From the NCBI GenBank assembly GCA_033442325.1, contig JAWQFM010000015.1:940741-980821 (forward strand): a stretch of DNA of 40,081 nt, given 5' to 3'. How positions within the stretch are numbered: the stretch's first letter is position 1; the number at the start of each line of letters is the position of its first letter. Positions 34,322 through 40,081 of the stretch are shown here, piece by piece. The translations under genes were made by a program, and so were the position numbers. This DNA is from Salpingoeca rosetta. Lineage: Eukaryota > Protista > Choanoflagellata. Below the pieces are notes generated by a model, which was given only the letters and a program-made list of their open reading frames with translations, did no database searches and was not told the DNA's origin.

Positions 34322-36745
34322 TTGCAGTCGGACGAGTTTGCAGCGCGTGGATCGTACTTGTTGAAGAAGGAGCTTCAATCCGCGGCACAGCCATTCTGCA
34401 ACACGTCCTACACGCGTGCAGAGGGCAACACGGGTTACTACACTGCATGGTCCTGTGTTTCACAGATGGTTCGCAAGGGTTGGGTAGCAAAGTACAGCAA
34501 CCCAGCAAAGTGAGTGCGCCAGAGAGTGAACAAACGAGCCAGTAGGTGTCTTGGGCGCTGCGCTGTGGTGTGCTTCCTTTAGTATGGCCCGCTCATCAAC
34601 GTGCTTGCATACGAGAGTGCGCTTTTATTCACCAACCAATCAATCACCACCTCGTGCGCTTCACTCCAGGTACACGTTGACAGGGGCAGGCTGGGACATT
34701 GCGGAGACGCTTCAGCAGCGAGAGGGGGAGCAGCATCAGTCAATCACGCCCACGCCCACGTCTCCCCACGTGACGGCCGCACTACCGCCGTCACCGCCAT
34801 CGCCTATGGGAACACTTCCACCCACGAATAGCACGAGGGGGAGAGGGAGGAAGGGCAGCAGCAGCAACAGCAATGCATCGCAGGTAGGAAGACGAGGGCG
34901 CAAGAGGCGATCAGAACCAACGTCAGCAGCAACAACAGCAGCAGCGGCAACAACAGCAGTCACAGCTACAGCAGCAACAACAGCAGCGCGCCCGGTGAAC
35001 ACGTCACCGTCAGTACAGCAATCAGCAACATCTTGGGGGACGACGCTTGCGGCAAAAGGGGCAGCGATAGCGGCGAGAGGCGGGCGCAAACAGCCGGCAA
35101 AGTGCACACCGGCATCTGTTGCGATTGAACTGCTTTCATCAATGGGGATGGCAGCGTCCATACCATCTTCTTTTACAACCGCACGAGCATCAGCACCAAA
35201 TACAGCACCCTCAGCAGCAGCATCAGCAGCAACGTCATCAGCAACAACAGAAACAGCACCAACAGCAACAACAGTAACAGCAACAACATCAAGAACAGTA
35301 ACAGCAACAACACCAAGAACACCGTCATCAGCAACGGCAACAGCAGCAGCACCAGCATCACGGGGATCATCGTCAGCGTCAGCATCGCTGTCGTCATCAT
35401 TCAGTACACATCGGCGATCAAGCCACCGCCAGCAACAGAGACAGCAGCAGCCGGCAGCAGCAGGAACACGCGCCCCAGAGGCAGAGACGCTTGTCATTCT
35501 GGACGACGATGATGACGACAACAATGATGATGGTAATGGTAGCAGCGGTTTTGGTCTTGGTGGCGGCGCTGCTTTTGATGACAGCTGGTATGATGATGGC
35601 CACGGTGGTTCTGGTCTTCGGCCGATGCTGTATGGTGGTGCATTTGATGCTGGCGAGGATGGTGATGGCGACGGTCGCGGTGTGGCGGTGCCAATGGATG
35701 TGAAGCAGGAACGTGATGATGACTGGACCACAGCGGAACAGCATCGTCGCAACGACAACAGCAGAGCTCAGCCACCTAAACACACCTCTGCTGCCAAACA
35801 TAATACCTTACCCCATACGCCAACCGGCACAGCAACAGCAGCGAGTGCTGCGCGGGAGTCGATTGGAGCGGCGATGGCGCAAAGGGCAACGAGGGACTAC
35901 ACAATGGCGCCGGACACGTACGAGGTCGTGCTGCTCATTGACAACCGCGAGAACCAAGGTGCAGTCCATACGTTGCCGTTGATGATGGTGATGGTGAATG
36001 GTTGTGATGGTGATGATGGCGAATGGTTGTGATGGTGATGATGATGGTGATGGTGAAGGTGAATGGTAACAACAAGCGCGACAGCGCTGGTAAAGTGTGA
36101 CCGCACAAGCAATGCATCGAGGCAAGCAGAAAGTGTCGACAGCGGAGTTGCGCTGTGGCTCTCACGCTGCTGTTGCTTTCTTCATTCTCACAACCTCGTG
36201 GTGGTGGTGCTGTTGTTGCTGTTCTTGTTCTCGTGCCTGTCCTGACGTGCAGTCCGCAAGAAGGATCGTGGCGCCATCATGCACAGCTCTCTCGCGGAGC
36301 AAGGCATCCAATGCGAAGTCAGGCAGCTCCCACTTGGTATGCACATGTTAGTGTGTGTGCATGTGTGTGCATGTGTGTGTGTGTGTGTGCCCGCGTGGTG
36401 CGTTCGTGTGCATGTGTGCGTGTGTGAATGCTCGCATGCTCCGTTGAGCTACCATGCTGTTGCCTGTCTCGTAACCCGACTGGTGTCCCGCCATCCATCA
36501 TCTTCCACCAGGCGACTACTCGTGGATCCTCAAGGAAAAGCCCGAGCATGCGGCAATGCATGGCAGGCGCCAACGCGAAGTCTGCCTCTCATTCCTGGTG
36601 CGGAAGATTTGTATGTGTACATGACTGTGACCTCTTTCTGTGAGCTTTCTTTCTTTCTTTCTTTCTCTCTCTCTCTCTCTTTCTTTCTTTCTACTTTGCA
36701 CACACACACGCACATACACGCACATGTACCCTTTATGGCGCGTTA

Positions 36746-36814
<69 letters not shown>

Positions 36815-39219
36815 CTNNNNNNNNNNNNNNNNNNNNNNNNNNNNNNNNNNNNNNNNNNNNNNNNNNNNNNNNNNNNNNNNNNNNNNNNNNNNNNNNNNNN
36901 NNNNNNNNNNNNNNNNGCTCAGAAATCCAGTATTGTTGGTGCCTCTACAATCCAATTTCCACGGTTTTTATTCAGTTGTCAGTGGGGGTTGTTATGGCAT
37001 CCACTCTGCTGTGCTGCCTGGGGGGTGACCGTAAAAATGGGGGTATTCTGACACTCCCATCATCCTTTGCTTTCCCCCCCACGCATGACTGGTGCTCACC
37101 TCGCACATGTTTGTTCCCCCATACCATCCCTCACGGGTTGATCCATTCGTCTTGCAACTTCCATTCCCAAAAAGAAAGTGTCGCATCCCCAGCTTCTTTG
37201 TGGAGGAGGGTCATGCTGCACGTGCCAGGCATCGACGAAGCAAAGGTTCGGACTGGCATCATCTTGGCATGGTGGACTTGGGGCCCGATGGTGGCGTGGA
37301 AACGTTATTTCCCTAGTTTTTGCGCTGGGTGTGGGTGGGGGATTGTGGATGGGCGTGACATTGGCTGCCCATGTGGTGTCTCACGGCACACTCAACCCGA
37401 GATGCCCACTTGCTGTCGCCGCTTCCATGCGTATTTGCCTGCATGCAATCAAACTTCGAACTTCACACCCTGGCTCAGGCTCAAGCAGGCCACCTTCAAC
37501 ATCCAGGTGCGTGTGTGCGTGCGTGCATGTGTATGTGTGCATATGTGTGCATATGTGTGCATATGTGTGCATATGTGTGCGCGTGTGTCCAACACCATCA
37601 CATTGTTTTGCATGAGTTGATTGTGTTCCGCGCTGTGAACCACCTTTGTGTCACAGTACAACGTACACAATGTGTACATCCATCCATCCTTCTTTTTCGG
37701 GCGTCATATGCTGTTTATGCAGGTGGAGGGCGGGTTCTTTGTGAAGACGGTGCCGAACATTCGCGAGGTGGAGGCGTACCTCGTCCTCTGCACGCGCATG
37801 ATCAAGCAGCTCGTTCAGGTGACACCACACACACACACACACACACACACAGTCAGACAGACAGACAGACACACAGACACACACATACACACAGACACAC
37901 ACAGACACACACACACACGTGTGGTTGAAGGGGATGTGGCGGCTCGTTGGATGGCTTGGCACCCGTGCAAGTGCCATGTGAATGTGTGAATGGCTGGATG
38001 ACAGCGGATGATATGGTATTGTGTCGTTGTGTCGACTGCCTGTCCACCAACAGCAACTACGTGCCCGTGCATGATCACACCACAATTGTCACAGGGGTGC
38101 AGCGTTGAAGCCTGGACGCCAACAGAGCGCATGTGCTGCCATCTCAGAGGTGCTGCGGGTTGTGCTAATTGTGTGACTGATATGTTGCTGTTCGTGGAAT
38201 CACACACACACGCCGACATATTTCAATATCACATTCACATGCATTATGACTCACTCACACCCACGCACACCCACCCACACACACACACACATTTCGCTCG
38301 AAAGGATTTGCTGGGTGGGGACAGCCGAAGGACGGGCACGTGCACAGCTTCGACTTTCAAACGTTCCAAGAAATCTCTCGCCGCGCTGCTGTGCGTGCAC
38401 GTTGGTTTTGTCGTGTGTGTGTGTGTGTGTGTGTGTGTGTCTTGGTTCACGTGTGCTCACGTTCACTCCATAGCAGCAACTCCGTGGTCGCCACCTCATA
38501 ATGCCATCACTCACGTACCCCGTCCTTTCACGCCGCCCTTCATTGGTGTAGACTGGCACGATCCGCGAAGTGTTTGCGCATCAGCTGCTGCACATGAACG
38601 GACTAACGCTGAAGCATGCGCAGATGATCACCCAGGCCTACCCGACACCTGCCCTGTGCGGTTCACGGGTGGTGGCGGTGGTGGTGATGGTGGTGGATGA
38701 GAGGGTTTGCAGGCGACGGGAACGAGGAAAAGAGGCAACATGTGTGTGCAGAATATGAAATCAGCATGTGTATGCTGTTGCACAGCACCTCTGCAATGCC
38801 TAATCATCATGCGTTTGCTTGCGCACCCATGTGTGCGCGCGCGTGTGCGCGTGTGCGTGTGTGTGCTGCGTCTCAGGTTTACGAATGCGCTGCGGGAGGC
38901 ACACGCGGCCACGATGCACATGAGCAGTTTGGAGGACCGGAAACCAAACTCGTCAAGTGCGCGCGGTGGCGACAACAGCACCGTATTCAGCCCATCATCA
39001 GCGTCAGCAACAGCAGCACCAGCAACAACAACAGCAGCAGCAACAACACCAACAGCAGCATCGCCATCGACTTTGGCATCAGGTCTCAAGCGGCGGAGCA
39101 GCAGTGCAAAGACAAAGACGGCACTGGACGCGTTTTGGGACAGCCTGTCGACGAGCGAGGGGAAAATCGGACTAGCTGTCCGTGCCAAGCTGCAAGCCTA
39201 CTACCTGCCCAGGTCGTGA
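32489..39219 (+). CDS. MUS81: MUS81 structure-specific endonuclease; the nuclease core lies partly in a gap. Exons approx. 32489-32533, 32768-32860, 33182-33914, 34163-34203, 34328-34509, 34670-35958, 36253-36336, 36512-36597, [gap/poor sequence], 37479-37506, 37723-37818, ~38094-?, ~38305-38390, 38552-38655, 38877-39219
   Basis: N-terminal HhH (HSYRRAARAIQAWKQPITHADDLK|AVKGVGPFILSFL) and winged helix (PAQGSGAYGI...KKELQSAAQPFC...YTAWS...PAKYTLTGAG). ERCC4 start YEVVLLIDNRE...VRQLPLGDYSW, then LKQATFNIQVEGGFFVKTV. C-terminal HhH2 IREVFAHQLLHMNGLT...YPTP. Confidence 0.9.
33021..33150 (+). repeat. 17-bp minisatellite (cattctcacgccacgca, ~7.5 copies) just upstream of the MUS81 exon 3 acceptor
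   Basis: Read directly. Confidence 0.9.
36817..36916. other. Assembly gap (100 N, probably of unknown size) inside MUS81
   Basis: N run following a (GT)n tract. Confidence 0.99.
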
Positions 39220-39704
39220 CAGCGGACAGGGGGACAGGGGACAGAGGACAGAGGATAGGGGAAACAGGAACCGTACTGGCAGTGGTTAGTTGATGGTGGT
39301 GGTGCGGGGGTCGTGGTAGTGGTAGTGGCTGTGGCTGTGGTGGTGGTGATAGTTTTGGAATCGCACGTGGGAGCACCCGAGTGGGATTGAGCCAGCTGTG
39401 CTGATGCTGGTTCGTGGCGCTTCTCAGTGACGAGAGCCCGCTGTTTGCTGACGTGATGCCATCATGTAAACGACGTTCGCATTGAACCATTGTTTGTTTA
39501 TTGCGCTTGCCACGCTGATGATGAGTTGCCAGCACGGACACGCACGCACACAGACACAGACACAGACACAGACACAGACACAGACACACACACACACAGA
39601 CGCAGACACACACACACACACACACACACAGACACACACACACATACACACACACGAAATATCACACGGGGGCAACGCCAGCGAGAGCGCTTTCTCGTCG
39701 AGTG

Positions 39705-40081
39705 TTACCTGTCTTCCTGCAGCATGGGAACGTGGTTGGAGGCTGGCCAGGCAATTTCGCTCTGGCGACGAGCAGCTTCGCTCAGTGACGCCATGTTGAG
39801 GTAGTCCAACCAGCGCACGACAGCATCTGCGGCATCAAAGCTGGCTTGGAATGTTCTGGTAATGTCGTCCGGGTACGGCAGAGGAGGAAGCGCAGTCCAC
39901 TGCTCGTACGTGGTGAGACCCCTGCGACGCTGCTTCTGCCCCTGCTGCCCTTGCTGTTCTTGCTGCTGCTGCGGTTTAGGTTGTTGTTTAAGTGGTTGCT
40001 GCTGTTGTTGTTTAAGTGGTTGCTGCTGTTGTTGTTTAAGTGGCTGCGGCTGCTGTTCAAGCCGTTGTTGTTGCTGCTGCG
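39705..40081 (-). CDS. Partial Gln-rich protein of unknown function; the gene continues beyond the window
   Basis: Open frame from the window end: QQQQQRLEQQPQPLKQQQQQPLKQQQQQPLKQQPKP...GLTTYEQWTALPPLPYPDDITRTFQASFDAADAVVRWLDYLNM...EDR. It ends at TAA or at a possible GTAACA donor followed by a GT-rich intron. Confidence 0.55.
   Translation of the reverse strand, partial: QQQQQRLEQQPQPLKQQQQQPLKQQQQQPLKQQPKPQQQQEQQGQQGQKQRRRGLTTYEQWTALPPLPYPDDITRTFQASFDAADAVVRWLDYLNMASLSEAARRQSEIAWPASNHVPMLQEDR

Noticed and set aside
34736-35758. 340 aa minus-strand Ala/Val-rich ORF
   Set aside because: It is antisense to the low-complexity MUS81 exon.

Overview
Eukaryotic, intron-rich genomic DNA with (GT)n/(CA)n microsatellites in most introns. 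The composition and gene content fit a choanoflagellate, probably Salpingoeca rosetta (inference). Most ORFs in the six-frame track are repeat-translation artefacts, so I rebuilt the gene models by hand from GT-AG junctions. Genes in order: 3' part of nephrocystin-1 (NPHP1, +); TRMT10-type tRNA m1G9 methyltransferase (-, spans a gap); SH2-tailed myosin, class XXVIII-like (+); SEPT6-group septin (+); RNA polymerase subunit RPB12 (-); DAPP1/Bam32-like SH2-PH adaptor (+); two tandem single-pass LRR receptor kinases with Ser/Thr (TKL-type) motifs (-); MUS81 (+, spans a gap); and a Gln-rich gene fragment (-). The most notable system is the LRR receptor kinase pair. Each has a signal peptide, an unrelated low-complexity prodomain ending in a furin-type RxRR site exactly where homology begins, a divergent LRR ectodomain, and a nearly identical juxtamembrane/kinase N-lobe. 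Other highlights are the DAPP1-like adaptor with its regulatory tyrosine, candidate SUMO-interacting motifs in MUS81, and strand-polarised intronic repeats. All family assignments come from motif recognition, not database searches.
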